This document shows positions 19,386-28,287 of a stretch of DNA of 33,635 nucleotides, in pieces. Under the pieces are notes generated by a model. The model saw nothing but the letters and a program-made list of their open reading frames with translations. It did not search any database and was not told the DNA's origin. The DNA is from a bacterium (lineage in GTDB: Bacteria > Hydrothermota > Tepidihabitantia > SM23-42), in contig JAOZNQ010000004.1 of the NCBI GenBank assembly GCA_029933705.1, forward strand, positions 1-33,635. Direction: 5' to 3'. The position numbers were made by a program, and so were the translations under genes. Numbering within the stretch: position 1 is the first letter of the stretch; each line of letters opens with the position of its first letter.

Positions 19386-20651
19386 ATGATCGACATAAAA
19401 ATTTTAAGGGAAGAACCCGAACTTATACGAAAGGCAATTAGGGATCGGGGAGAGGATATCTCCCTGGATGAGATTCTTGAACTCGATAAAAAGAGGCGTG
19501 CCCTGATAACCGAGTTGCAAAGGTTGAGGCAGAAAAGGAATGAACTTTCAGAAAAGGTTGGCCAGTTGAAACGGGAAGGTAAAGATACGAGCGATTTGAT
19601 GGACCGGGCGCGGGAAATAGGTGCACAGATTAAAGAAAAGGAGAAATTATCTAAAAAGGTCGATGAGCAGTTCAGGAGAAAGATGCAATGGCTTCCCAAT
19701 ATTCCGCATAAATCGGTTCCTGTAGGTCCTGATTCGAGTGCCAACAGATATGTGCGGGGATTAAAAGAGCCTCCCAGATTCGATTTTAATGTTCTACCCC
19801 ACTGGGATATCTGCACTGCCCTGGATATTCTGGATCAGAAGCGGGCTTCAAAGATTGCGGGCTCGCGATTCATCCTTTATAAGGGTGCTGGTGCCAAACT
19901 GGAAAGGGCACTGATAAATTTCTTTCTGGATATCCACACGCAGAGACATAGTTATCTTGAGGTTTTCCCACCGGTCCTGAACCCTCCACAATGCCTTTTC
20001 GGCACCGGTCAGCTTCCCAAACTTGCGCGGGAGATGTATTATTGCCAGGATGACAACCTTTATCTTGCCCCAACCGCTGAAGTCCCTTTGACAAATATCC
20101 ATACCGGAGAGATAATTCCAGAGAAGAAACTTCCAATCTGTTATGTTGCCTATACCCCGTGTTTTCGCCGTGAGGCCGGTTCCTATGGAAAGGTGGTGCG
20201 CGGGATTACCCGGGTTCATCAATTCAATAAGGTTGAGCTGGTCAAGTATACAACCCCGGACCAGGGGTATGAGGAGTTTGAAAAGTTGTTGAGCGATGCA
20301 GAAGAAATCGTGAAGATGCTTGAATTACCTTATCGGATTGTAGTTTTGAGTACCGGTGATATGACATTTGCTGCAGCGAAGACCTATGACATTGAGGTCT
20401 ATTCCCCGGGGATGGATGAGTGGCTTGAGGTATCCTCGGTGAGTATTTATGAACAGTATCAGGCAAGGCGTGCTAATATTCGATACCGGAAATCAACCGG
20501 TGGAGTCGATTTTGTATTCACGATGAACGGTTCGGGACTTGCCACACCGAGGGTATTTATCGCTATTGTGGAGAATTATCAGACCCCGAATGGACGGATA
20601 AGAGTTCCTGAGGTCTTAAAAGGTTATATGAAAATGGACTTTATTGAGTAG
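19386..20651 (+). CDS. serS: Serine--tRNA ligase
   Basis: N-terminal coiled coil, PTAEVP, FRREAG, RVHQFNKVE, NGSGLA. Confidence 0.97.
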   Translation: MIDIKILREEPELIRKAIRDRGEDISLDEILELDKKRRALITELQRLRQKRNELSEKVGQLKREGKDTSDLMDRAREIGAQIKEKEKLSKKVDEQFRRKMQWLPNIPHKSVPVGPDSSANRYVRGLKEPPRFDFNVLPHWDICTALDILDQKRASKIAGSRFILYKGAGAKLERALINFFLDIHTQRHSYLEVFPPVLNPPQCLFGTGQLPKLAREMYYCQDDNLYLAPTAEVPLTNIHTGEIIPEKKLPICYVAYTPCFRREAGSYGKVVRGITRVHQFNKVELVKYTTPDQGYEEFEKLLSDAEEIVKMLELPYRIVVLSTGDMTFAAAKTYDIEVYSPGMDEWLEVSSVSIYEQYQARRANIRYRKSTGGVDFVFTMNGSGLATPRVFIAIVENYQTPNGRIRVPEVLKGYMKMDFIE

Positions 20652-20968
20652 TGCTTGATTACCTGAAGAGCTGGTTTGCCCAGATCCATCACGATTATGG
20701 GGTCAACCCTGTAATCTTTGCAATAATCTATTTTGCCGGGGTGGTTCCATTCTGGCTTTCTATCTATAAGATTATTAGCGGTCTGAAAAATAAAAGGTTT
20801 AATCAGGTTCGAACCTTTGGAATTATTCTCGGCATTGTAATCATCGCGCCATTCAGTTATGTAGCACTTTTCGGCCACAACCTTCCTTTCTGGTTCTGGA
20901 TTGTTGCCTTTCTGGTTATTGGATACAGTGTCTATTCGGTATTGAAGAAAATCAGAACCGCAAAATAA
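20651..20968 (+). CDS. Small 3-TM hypothetical membrane protein
   Basis: GTG start overlapping the serS stop; hydrophobic segments. Confidence 0.65.
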   Translation: MLDYLKSWFAQIHHDYGVNPVIFAIIYFAGVVPFWLSIYKIISGLKNKRFNQVRTFGIILGIVIIAPFSYVALFGHNLPFWFWIVAFLVIGYSVYSVLKKIRTAK

Positions 20969-20976
20969 TCCTGGAA

Positions 20977-22992
20977 TTATTTTAATAATTGTGCAAAATT
21001 GCGGAGAAGAGATTCTTCAATTTGAATTAAATTTATCGAATTGAGGAGTGTAAGAAAACCGTCGATGTCGAGAGCTAGGTAGTGGTCTTCAATCTGATAT
21101 TCTAAGGGAAGGTCATAAAAGTATGCTCCACTACCCAGGGCATCTTCTAAGCGTCGGATATTTTCCTTGATGACCTGACGAATCGTATCAGCACGGGGTG
21201 TCGGGAATTTCGGGTCAACTGGCTGAAATTGATTGAGGATGAGCAATTTTCCTTCGAGGTCGATCGTTTCAATGCCCTCTTTGGTCAGTGCCTCGGCAAG
21301 GATGAATCCATATAATGAACCGAACAGGTGCAGGATATGGGTGTCCTTTCCGTCATAGATAAAAGGGAATTCCAAAGCGGGAATCTCAGGAAAGAGTTTT
21401 TTCTTTAATATCGGGGCCAGGAGGTAGTTATATGTTCTCTCACCCTTTCCTTCAAAGACCTGGGCGAGGGCAGAGGCGTCACGGATGAACCGAGCATAGA
21501 CCTTATGCTCTTTTTTCTGAACCTGAACCGTTTCCCAGCAAGCACCACCCAGGATGAATTTTTTACGCACATAATAGATTCTGCCGATCAGGTTACCCCG
21601 GGCGATATCAAAGACATCATATTCACCGAAACTGATTTCGGCGATATTGGAATGAATCTTTCCCCAGCTGATCTTCTTTTCCAGTTTTTCAGAGTCGTAG
21701 TATATTCCTGGCCGCATCTCTTTTATCAGTCCATCGTCAAGCAGTTTCTTGAATACGGTTTTTATCTGGATTTCGTTATATATCGGTTCGAAGATTCGAT
21801 AGAGGCTTTTTAGTGTGGTGCCGATGCGTCGGCGTTGATATAGATAAGAGAATATCTGTTGGGGAATTATGGATAGGGAGGGGTTGTATCTTCCGGCAAA
21901 GAGTTCTCCTTTCTGGGCACATTCAAAGTAGCATTCAAAGAGGAGTTTTTCCCAGTTATCTTTGTAGATACCCAGCGCAAAGAGTCGATTCTGACGGCGA
22001 TTCCCTCTTCCGATACGCTGGAGCAGTGAAGGGATGTTATAGGGTGGACGATGGAGCACAATGCAGTCAACATCTCCAATATCGATGCCCAGTTCCAAGG
22101 TTGAGGTTGCACACAGGATTGCCCGATCATTCTGTGCCATCTCTTTTTCAACATCCTCACGCCGATTTCGGTTGAGGCTGGCATGATGGACTAGAACCCT
22201 ACCTTCGAATGGCGGTCGGTTGAGACGTCGGGAAAATGATTCGGCATAACTTCGGGCATTGAAAAAAATCAATATCTTTTTTAAATGGCGGTTTCGGGCG
22301 ATTTCGAGTAATTCCTTTTCAAAGCGGTTCTGGGAGATGAGCAGATATTCAATCCTCTTTGGCGCCTTGAGAAAGCAGACTGTAGGGTTTTCAAAATATC
22401 GTTTGCCAATATTGAGGTCATCAATTGTTGCAGAGAGGGCACAGTATTGAATATCTGAGGTTATGCGACGCAGGCGATTCAATAATATTCTTAACTGGTC
22501 ACCCCTTGGTGTATTGTCCAGAAGATGTATTTCATCGAGCACCACCACCTTCAGGTTTTTAAATATTTGAGGATTTCTGGTCAGGAGGGAATCGAATGAC
22601 TCGGGTGTTGTCAAGACTATCTGGGGAAGTTTTTTGGGTGTAATCCGAGGGTGGTCCCCGGTTTTGACACCCATTTTTATATCGAGATAGGTCAGGGGTT
22701 GAATCAGCCTGCGATAGAGGTCGTTCACCAAGGCACGGGTGGGTGAGATGTATAAGATAGAAAGATGCGGAGCGTTGAGCAGACCCTGGTCCATTAACCT
22801 TTCAACCAGAGGGGCGATGACCGCTTCGGTCTTGCCGGTGGCAGCAGGTGATATCACAACAACATTCTTTCCTTCCAGGATATGTGGGATGGTCAGGGTT
22901 TGAATTTCGGTAAAAGAGCCGAAGTGTCCAAAGAATGGATGCCAGGTTTTTCGAAGTTTCTTTTTGATTTCCAGAATCTTTTTTTCTGTCAA
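20977..22992 (-). CDS. Lhr-like SF2 DEAD/DEAH-box helicase (BrxHI/SngC-like)
   Basis: Q motif FTEIQ, SPAATGKT, SPTRAL, DEIH, SAT, HHASL, TSTLELGIDIG, QRIGR; further domains after the helicase core. Confidence 0.9.
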   Translation of the reverse strand: MTEKKILEIKKKLRKTWHPFFGHFGSFTEIQTLTIPHILEGKNVVVISPAATGKTEAVIAPLVERLMDQGLLNAPHLSILYISPTRALVNDLYRRLIQPLTYLDIKMGVKTGDHPRITPKKLPQIVLTTPESFDSLLTRNPQIFKNLKVVVLDEIHLLDNTPRGDQLRILLNRLRRITSDIQYCALSATIDDLNIGKRYFENPTVCFLKAPKRIEYLLISQNRFEKELLEIARNRHLKKILIFFNARSYAESFSRRLNRPPFEGRVLVHHASLNRNRREDVEKEMAQNDRAILCATSTLELGIDIGDVDCIVLHRPPYNIPSLLQRIGRGNRRQNRLFALGIYKDNWEKLLFECYFECAQKGELFAGRYNPSLSIIPQQIFSYLYQRRRIGTTLKSLYRIFEPIYNEIQIKTVFKKLLDDGLIKEMRPGIYYDSEKLEKKISWGKIHSNIAEISFGEYDVFDIARGNLIGRIYYVRKKFILGGACWETVQVQKKEHKVYARFIRDASALAQVFEGKGERTYNYLLAPILKKKLFPEIPALEFPFIYDGKDTHILHLFGSLYGFILAEALTKEGIETIDLEGKLLILNQFQPVDPKFPTPRADTIRQVIKENIRRLEDALGSGAYFYDLPLEYQIEDHYLALDIDGFLTLLNSINLIQIEESLLRNFAQLLK

Positions 22993-22999
22993 TGTTCTG

Positions 23000-24283
23000 C
23001 TATTTGAAAACAGGCGTCAATCGATGCCAGTCGAATGTAGCAATTGTGAATTTAATGAACTCCCTCAGGTCGCCTGAGGCCCGGGGGTAGGCATTATTGA
23101 ATATCCGCTCTTTTCTTTCGGGTTGGAGGTTGAAATCTGGATACGCCTTTTTATAGACTGTGTATAGGTTGTTATAGATTAATTCGAATTCTGATTTACT
23201 GAACTTACGAAGCGTCATTTTTTGTTCTACAATACGGTTAAGGTCATCTAAGTCATGATAACTGTGAATCGGGGTGGTGGCAAGTATCAGCAGGATATTC
23301 GGTTCTCCATAGATGTATGGAGTTGGACGGACACGGTTATGTAGCATTGATCTATCAATTTTTTTTAGCTTTTGATTGTTGAGGGCAGCATAGATCAGTC
23401 CGATGAGAAAGCTCTTTCCCCGAAGATAGAGGGTGTTGTTCCAGATATGGGTGATGGTTTCAACCTCATCAAGGATGATTACCAATCCACCCATATTTTT
23501 GAGTTTAATCAGATAACTCAAACCGGTAAGGATATAGGAATAGAAGTCCGCTGCGGTGGAGAAGTCATACAGGGCTGGAATCGACTGTCCACCACGCACC
23601 CGAAACGGTGCCCGGGTATTTGTTGCATAGTCCTTGGTTGATTCACCTTCAATCCACTGCCAGAATACCTCGGTCTGGTTGTCTCCGTTGTCAAGGCGGC
23701 GCAGGTGTCTGAAGACCGGGCTGAGGAAACAGTGGTCTTTGATCTGTATTGAACTCAATTCTTTGAGCAGGTCTCGGTATGTATAGACACAGCCATCCTT
23801 TATGTAACGCAGATTGTGGACAAGTTCCCGATAGATACGCTTGGGGCGATAAAGGGGTGTCTCCTGCGGATTCAATTCACAATATGCGGTAACATAACCA
23901 TATTTTAAGGCGATATGGTGGATATACTCTAAGAGGTGGGTTTTGCCTGAACCGTAGGAGCCTTCAATCAGATAGACCCCACCGCGCCCCTTTTTCAATG
24001 CCTTCAACCCTTTTTCAATCTGGGCGATTTCATAACCCCGGCAGAATGTGAAAAACTCAACATCCTGGTGTGAGACGATGCCCAACCGAAAGGCCTCGAT
24101 TAACCGCTTTGAGGAGATTTGATTGAGTTTGATATTGGGTATTTCGATGGTCTTGAGCCAGCGGGCAGGCAGCCATAAGGTCAGGCCACAATAGAACTCC
24201 ACCTGCACCTCCTGGCCATCCCATTTTCTATTTTTTATAACCCCTTCACCAAAGATCGGGTGGGCGACAATTTTCGCTTTCAT
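23000..24283 (-). CDS. DUF2791/BrxD-like P-loop ATPase with N-terminal Tudor-like motif
   Basis: IEAFRLGIVS..F, GSYGSGKTH, VIILDEVE; N-terminus VAHPIFGEGVI...VQVEF. Confidence 0.8.
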   Translation of the reverse strand: MKAKIVAHPIFGEGVIKNRKWDGQEVQVEFYCGLTLWLPARWLKTIEIPNIKLNQISSKRLIEAFRLGIVSHQDVEFFTFCRGYEIAQIEKGLKALKKGRGGVYLIEGSYGSGKTHLLEYIHHIALKYGYVTAYCELNPQETPLYRPKRIYRELVHNLRYIKDGCVYTYRDLLKELSSIQIKDHCFLSPVFRHLRRLDNGDNQTEVFWQWIEGESTKDYATNTRAPFRVRGGQSIPALYDFSTAADFYSYILTGLSYLIKLKNMGGLVIILDEVETITHIWNNTLYLRGKSFLIGLIYAALNNQKLKKIDRSMLHNRVRPTPYIYGEPNILLILATTPIHSYHDLDDLNRIVEQKMTLRKFSKSEFELIYNNLYTVYKKAYPDFNLQPERKERIFNNAYPRASGDLREFIKFTIATFDWHRLTPVFK

Positions 24284-24299
24284 ATCGGGTGTTTAATTT

Positions 24300-25550
24300 T
24301 TAATATTCTTCCTTTTCAACCGCTTCATGCTCTTTTTCTGAGAGCATTTTTACTGTGGACCTGAGGATCTCCCTTGCAGTCTCTTCGGTTATCAGGGTTT
24401 GCTCCTGTTTTAACCTCTGATAGGCCTCGATTATGCCGACTACAAATATCCTTCGGTAGCTGATATCGAGTGTCTGTAATTCCAGTGCGGCTTCAACCAG
24501 ATTCTTCATTGATGGAATGAAAAGGTTATCTTTTAATCGACAGTCATAGGCGATTTCAAAGATATTCTTCAATTTTTTGCCGAGTCGCGTCAGGAAATCA
24601 ACAGGTTCAAGTCCCAGCTCTTCAAGGTTGATTTTTACACCCATTGGATTGATTCTGGTAAAGTTTGACCTGAGCCGTTGTTTTAAGGCCTCATAGACAC
24701 CGCCGGTTCCTTCAAGGAGAAGATTCTCATCAGGAATCGCATAGAAGAACATTGCCCCAGGAAGACGCGAATTTCCGCATTCATCAATGAGTTGCCTCAG
24801 ATTATCAAGGGCTCGACGTTTATCCCGGGCTGAAGAGATACTCATCCCCCTTTCTGCCTCATCAAAAAGCAAGATCAATCCAGAATAGCCCATTGCGTTG
24901 ATGAATTGAACCAGACTCCTTAACATCCTGAAGGCATTACTCCTGTCGATTCTTTCTGATATCCGATATCTGAGCCGCAATTCCTTGGGCACATCCTCAC
25001 CCTTAAGCCATTGAATTACTTCATAAAAGCCTTCCTCATCTTCGTTCTTAAGATTCAGTATTGCAGCCTTGATTGCATTGGCGAAACTTGAACTTTCAAG
25101 TCGTGATAGTTTCATCAGGATGCCGGTGCTTTTCTTATCGATGTCTTTCAAAAGAATATCGATGCCGATCTGGTCAGAAAATGGCTGCCCGTTTTCTAAG
25201 GGGGGTGCGATATTGAGCACAATCTTTTTGTAGACCAGTTCCAAGCGGTCAAATGGACATTCGGTTGGGCTCAGTGGTGCATAGCTTGTAACATAGTTGT
25301 TCTTCCAGGCGAGATCCCTGAGCATATAAAGAAAATGGGTTTTACCACCGCCATAATTTCCCGTTATCATCTTAAATGAAGAGAGATTCAATTTAAGTAT
25401 ATCCCTTAGATATTCCTCTTCAATCACTTTCAGGAAAGGTTCCAGGCCGACACTGAAATGTTCAATTCCAAACTGGGGCGGGGTACCAGAACTTCCCAGT
25501 TGATGGATTATCGCCTTGGCGGTTTTTTTATCCAGCTTCACCGTATTCAT
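24300..25550 (-). CDS. DUF2791/BrxD-like P-loop ATPase
   Basis: AIIHQL..SGTPP..G...FSVG, GNYGGGKTHFL, QWLKGE, GYSGLILLFDEAE, GVYEALKQRL. Confidence 0.85.
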   Translation of the reverse strand: MNTVKLDKKTAKAIIHQLGSSGTPPQFGIEHFSVGLEPFLKVIEEEYLRDILKLNLSSFKMITGNYGGGKTHFLYMLRDLAWKNNYVTSYAPLSPTECPFDRLELVYKKIVLNIAPPLENGQPFSDQIGIDILLKDIDKKSTGILMKLSRLESSSFANAIKAAILNLKNEDEEGFYEVIQWLKGEDVPKELRLRYRISERIDRSNAFRMLRSLVQFINAMGYSGLILLFDEAERGMSISSARDKRRALDNLRQLIDECGNSRLPGAMFFYAIPDENLLLEGTGGVYEALKQRLRSNFTRINPMGVKINLEELGLEPVDFLTRLGKKLKNIFEIAYDCRLKDNLFIPSMKNLVEAALELQTLDISYRRIFVVGIIEAYQRLKQEQTLITEETAREILRSTVKMLSEKEHEAVEKEEY

Positions 25551-26383
25551 TTTTCAAATGAGATATATGCATAGTGGGTTCCTTCGCCCTGTTCATTCTC
25601 AGGGACCCATAAAAATTGGAGTTTATTAAGGGTGGCATCGAAGGTCGCTACATACAACCTCATTCCCTGCCGGGTATATCCTCCCCTTTTTAACTGATAG
25701 ATGAGATAGCCCAGTTTCATTCGGGAGAATTCATTGTAGTTTTCTCTTTTCGGCTCAATAAAAAATTTTTTCGGTTGATTCAAGAAGACAAATTGTGTCA
25801 AAACTTCAGTTAAAAGGGCTCGGTCACCAAACGGTCTTTTCTTTAATAGTATCGTCCTTTTGTATGCCTCATAGAGTTTCTGGTATAATTCTCCAAGGTT
25901 GGTGCAACTCTTCCTCAGTTCTTCATCAACCTTTTTTATCGTTTCATAAATTGTGGTGGTCTGGAGTGGTATCCTTGCTCTTATCTTTTCAATCTCTGGA
26001 CCAAAAAAGAGGGTAGCAGAGCCGAATTCGAAGTCCAGTTTCAGGGTAAACAGTCCGATTCGCATTATCGGATACTGACCCCTCAGTGCGACCCCATCTT
26101 TTTCCAGGAGAGTTTTCAGCTCCTGCCCGAACCTGAAACGGAATTCTTCTTTAATCTTCTCTAAATTCTCTTTTTCTGTATTGATGAACCTGTTCAGGGA
26201 GCCTTTCAATCCAGGGTCTTCGATTTTGTCTTTTATCTTATTGATTTCCGTGAGTTTTTTGTCGAGGGGATAGGCATTCTTCAGGGGTTCCTGCTTCAGT
26301 CTATTATAAACCTGGAGAAGCTTTATGAGTTGATTGTTCAATTTTGAAAGTGATTTTAATTGCGACAGTAACTCCTGTTCCAT
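25547..26383 (-). CDS. Hypothetical protein (helical/coiled-coil N-terminus), first gene of the ATPase-helicase operon
   Basis: SD AGGAG; 4-bp ATGA overlap with the next gene; no family recognised. Confidence 0.85.
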   Translation of the reverse strand: MEQELLSQLKSLSKLNNQLIKLLQVYNRLKQEPLKNAYPLDKKLTEINKIKDKIEDPGLKGSLNRFINTEKENLEKIKEEFRFRFGQELKTLLEKDGVALRGQYPIMRIGLFTLKLDFEFGSATLFFGPEIEKIRARIPLQTTTIYETIKKVDEELRKSCTNLGELYQKLYEAYKRTILLKKRPFGDRALLTEVLTQFVFLNQPKKFFIEPKRENYNEFSRMKLGYLIYQLKRGGYTRQGMRLYVATFDATLNKLQFLWVPENEQGEGTHYAYISFEK

Positions 26384-26445
26384 CTATATCTCCTGTTTAA
26401 AGTCTGTTACCGATTGAATAGATTTTCTGCCCATTTCCATTTATA

Positions 26446-26473
26446 ATCATATTCAATAATAGAGGGGTGTCAA
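26446..26473 (-). promoter_or_regulatory. Promoter TTGACA-16-TATGAT of the ATPase-helicase operon
   Basis: Hexamers read directly. Confidence 0.7.
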
Positions 26474-26600
26474 GACTATTTGATTTATGGAAAGAAGGGG
26501 CATCGGTCTGAGATAAAAATCCATAGAATTTCTTTGACTTAATTTGGAAGGGCATCTTATGAGATACAGCGAAGGGGATTTCAGCGGTTTATGGTAATTA

Positions 26601-27956
26601 TCACCTCTTCTGATTCAGGAACCTTTCAATCTCATATTCTTTTTGTTTTATTAACTTCTCATAGAATTTTATTATATTCATACCGGTCTCATCACCGTAG
26701 ATTTCTTTTTCTGCCTTTAATGCCTTCACCGTCTTCTCAAAGTCACTCTTTTCTTTGAGCAGATTCTTTATTCGGGAAGTTACATAAGCGATCCTGCTCC
26801 TCTGCTTCAGCCTCTTTCTTATGATATATTCAAACAGGACTATCCCGGTAGGGATCAGAAGAACCGCAAGGATGGAGATGAGTTTAAGATTTACGGGTAT
26901 ATTTGAAGAGAAGAATACTGCAATAATTGTCGCCACGCCGCCGATCGAGCCGAGTACGGTTAAAAGATATTCAAGCCTTCTTGTCGCAGATGTGAGAAGA
27001 CGGGACTGTCTGTTTTCGATTATTTTACCAATGTCACCGATTATAAATTCTATTGAATTTATATTCTTATCTATCTGCTCTTTGTATCTTTGTAATCGGC
27101 AGGCTTCATTCAATTTTTCCGGAATATCCAGCGCAGAATAGAGTGATTCTACATACCCGAGACTGGCAATGACTTCGAGAAAGTTCACCCGCTTTGTTTC
27201 CAGAATTTTCTCCTCCCATTCCCATTCTATCGCCCTTTCAGTTCCAATCCCGGTTCTCAAACCGGTAAGGTCTTTCTTTAAATCATCCATCCATCCTGCT
27301 GTGAAACCTGCATATTTTTTATAGAAAGAGAGGACGAGGATAAAGAATAGCAGCTTTTTCTCTATTCTTTCTGTGAGCAGATAAAATATCCTGCCCTTGT
27401 GGACAGATATCCTATCCTGGTCTATTTCAATCTCAGAGCAACCTGCAGGCAGTTTTGACTGTCTTGAGATGATGTAGGGGAGGTCAAAACCGACAAAGAG
27501 CTGTTCCTTCCCAAGAAAAAGGAAGTTGATGCCTGAATTCTTTACCACATCTTCTTTCACCCGTGAAAAGGAGATTAAATCGCCGGCCTCCTCCAGGGTT
27601 TTCAGTTTGAATATTTTCAGAAAGAATTCAATGAGGAATCCGTATAATGAAGTTGTTATAACTTTATCACCTATCTGGAATTTAAAATTTTTGAGGAAAA
27701 GCTTTTCGAGCTCCTCATAACTCTTTTCACTCCAGATATTGAGTTCAACAATTATCAAACTAATACCACTGGAACTTATATACGCCTCGATTGTAAAATT
27801 CCTGTCCAGAAATTTGCCCTGGACAAGCTGGACCTTAAGGGTTAGATGGTTGTGAATTATTTCAAAACTCGATTCAGGATAGTCTGGACTGATATACTCC
27901 TTAAATTTTGAAATATCCACAGGCCCACCGCAGAAAAAAGGCACCACTATCTTCAT
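26601..27956 (-). CDS. Hypothetical membrane protein with CorA-like layout (soluble domain, long helices, 2 TMs, C-terminal coiled coil)
   Basis: TMs YLLTVLGSIGGVATIIAVFF and LISILAVLLIPTGIVLFEY; no GMN motif. Confidence 0.7.
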   Translation of the reverse strand: MKIVVPFFCGGPVDISKFKEYISPDYPESSFEIIHNHLTLKVQLVQGKFLDRNFTIEAYISSSGISLIIVELNIWSEKSYEELEKLFLKNFKFQIGDKVITTSLYGFLIEFFLKIFKLKTLEEAGDLISFSRVKEDVVKNSGINFLFLGKEQLFVGFDLPYIISRQSKLPAGCSEIEIDQDRISVHKGRIFYLLTERIEKKLLFFILVLSFYKKYAGFTAGWMDDLKKDLTGLRTGIGTERAIEWEWEEKILETKRVNFLEVIASLGYVESLYSALDIPEKLNEACRLQRYKEQIDKNINSIEFIIGDIGKIIENRQSRLLTSATRRLEYLLTVLGSIGGVATIIAVFFSSNIPVNLKLISILAVLLIPTGIVLFEYIIRKRLKQRSRIAYVTSRIKNLLKEKSDFEKTVKALKAEKEIYGDETGMNIIKFYEKLIKQKEYEIERFLNQKR

Positions 27957-27963
27957 TATAGTT

Positions 27964-27991
27964 ATGATATCTGATAAATGGAGAATGTCAA
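27964..27991 (-). promoter_or_regulatory. Promoter TTGACA-16-TATCAT, ATG 7 nt downstream
   Basis: Hexamers read directly; no SD. Confidence 0.7.
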
Positions 27992-28040
27992 GTAAAACAT
28001 TTGGAGTTAATTCTCTACATTCTACATTATTCAGTGAAAA

Positions 28041-28170
28041 TTAATCAGTTCTCAAATATCCATAGCAGGATGTGATAATGTAAGGGAACGTTTTAACCAT
28101 TCTATAACAGCTAATGAATAATAGAATAATGCCTATTACCAGATAAAAAGCTGAAATGAGTATTTCCTCC
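28041..28170 (-). pseudogene. Possible truncated fourth cassette ORF (ILISAFYLVIGIILLFISCY...)
   Basis: GGAGG just after attC3, then a hydrophobic frame without an ATG. Confidence 0.3.
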
Positions 28171-28196
28171 TTTAATTTTACATTTATCGTTATGTC

Positions 28197-28277
28197 GCCT
28201 GATGCTCCGGGGATATGTGAAGTTTGCGATAGCAAATTTGGGCTGAGCGAAGCGACCCACATACCCGCTGGTTAGGC
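28197..28277 (-). mobile_element. attC site 3 (R' degenerate)
   Basis: R'' GCCTAAC, L boxes GCGGGTATGTG/CACATATCCCCG, R' reads ATCAGGC instead of GTTAGGC; the R'' flank AGCAATGTCGCCTAAC mirrors the cassette start GTTAGGGGACGTTGCT. Confidence 0.8.
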
Positions 28278-28287
28278 GACATTGCTT

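Noticed and set aside
20977-26383. Complete BREX or canonical Shango system
   Set aside because: No pglX/pglZ/pglW/brxA/brxL and no TerB-domain protein in the window; a second ATPase is present
26474-27956. The 451-aa gene as another integron cassette
   Set aside because: It has its own promoter and no RYYYAAC...GTTRRRY attC follows it
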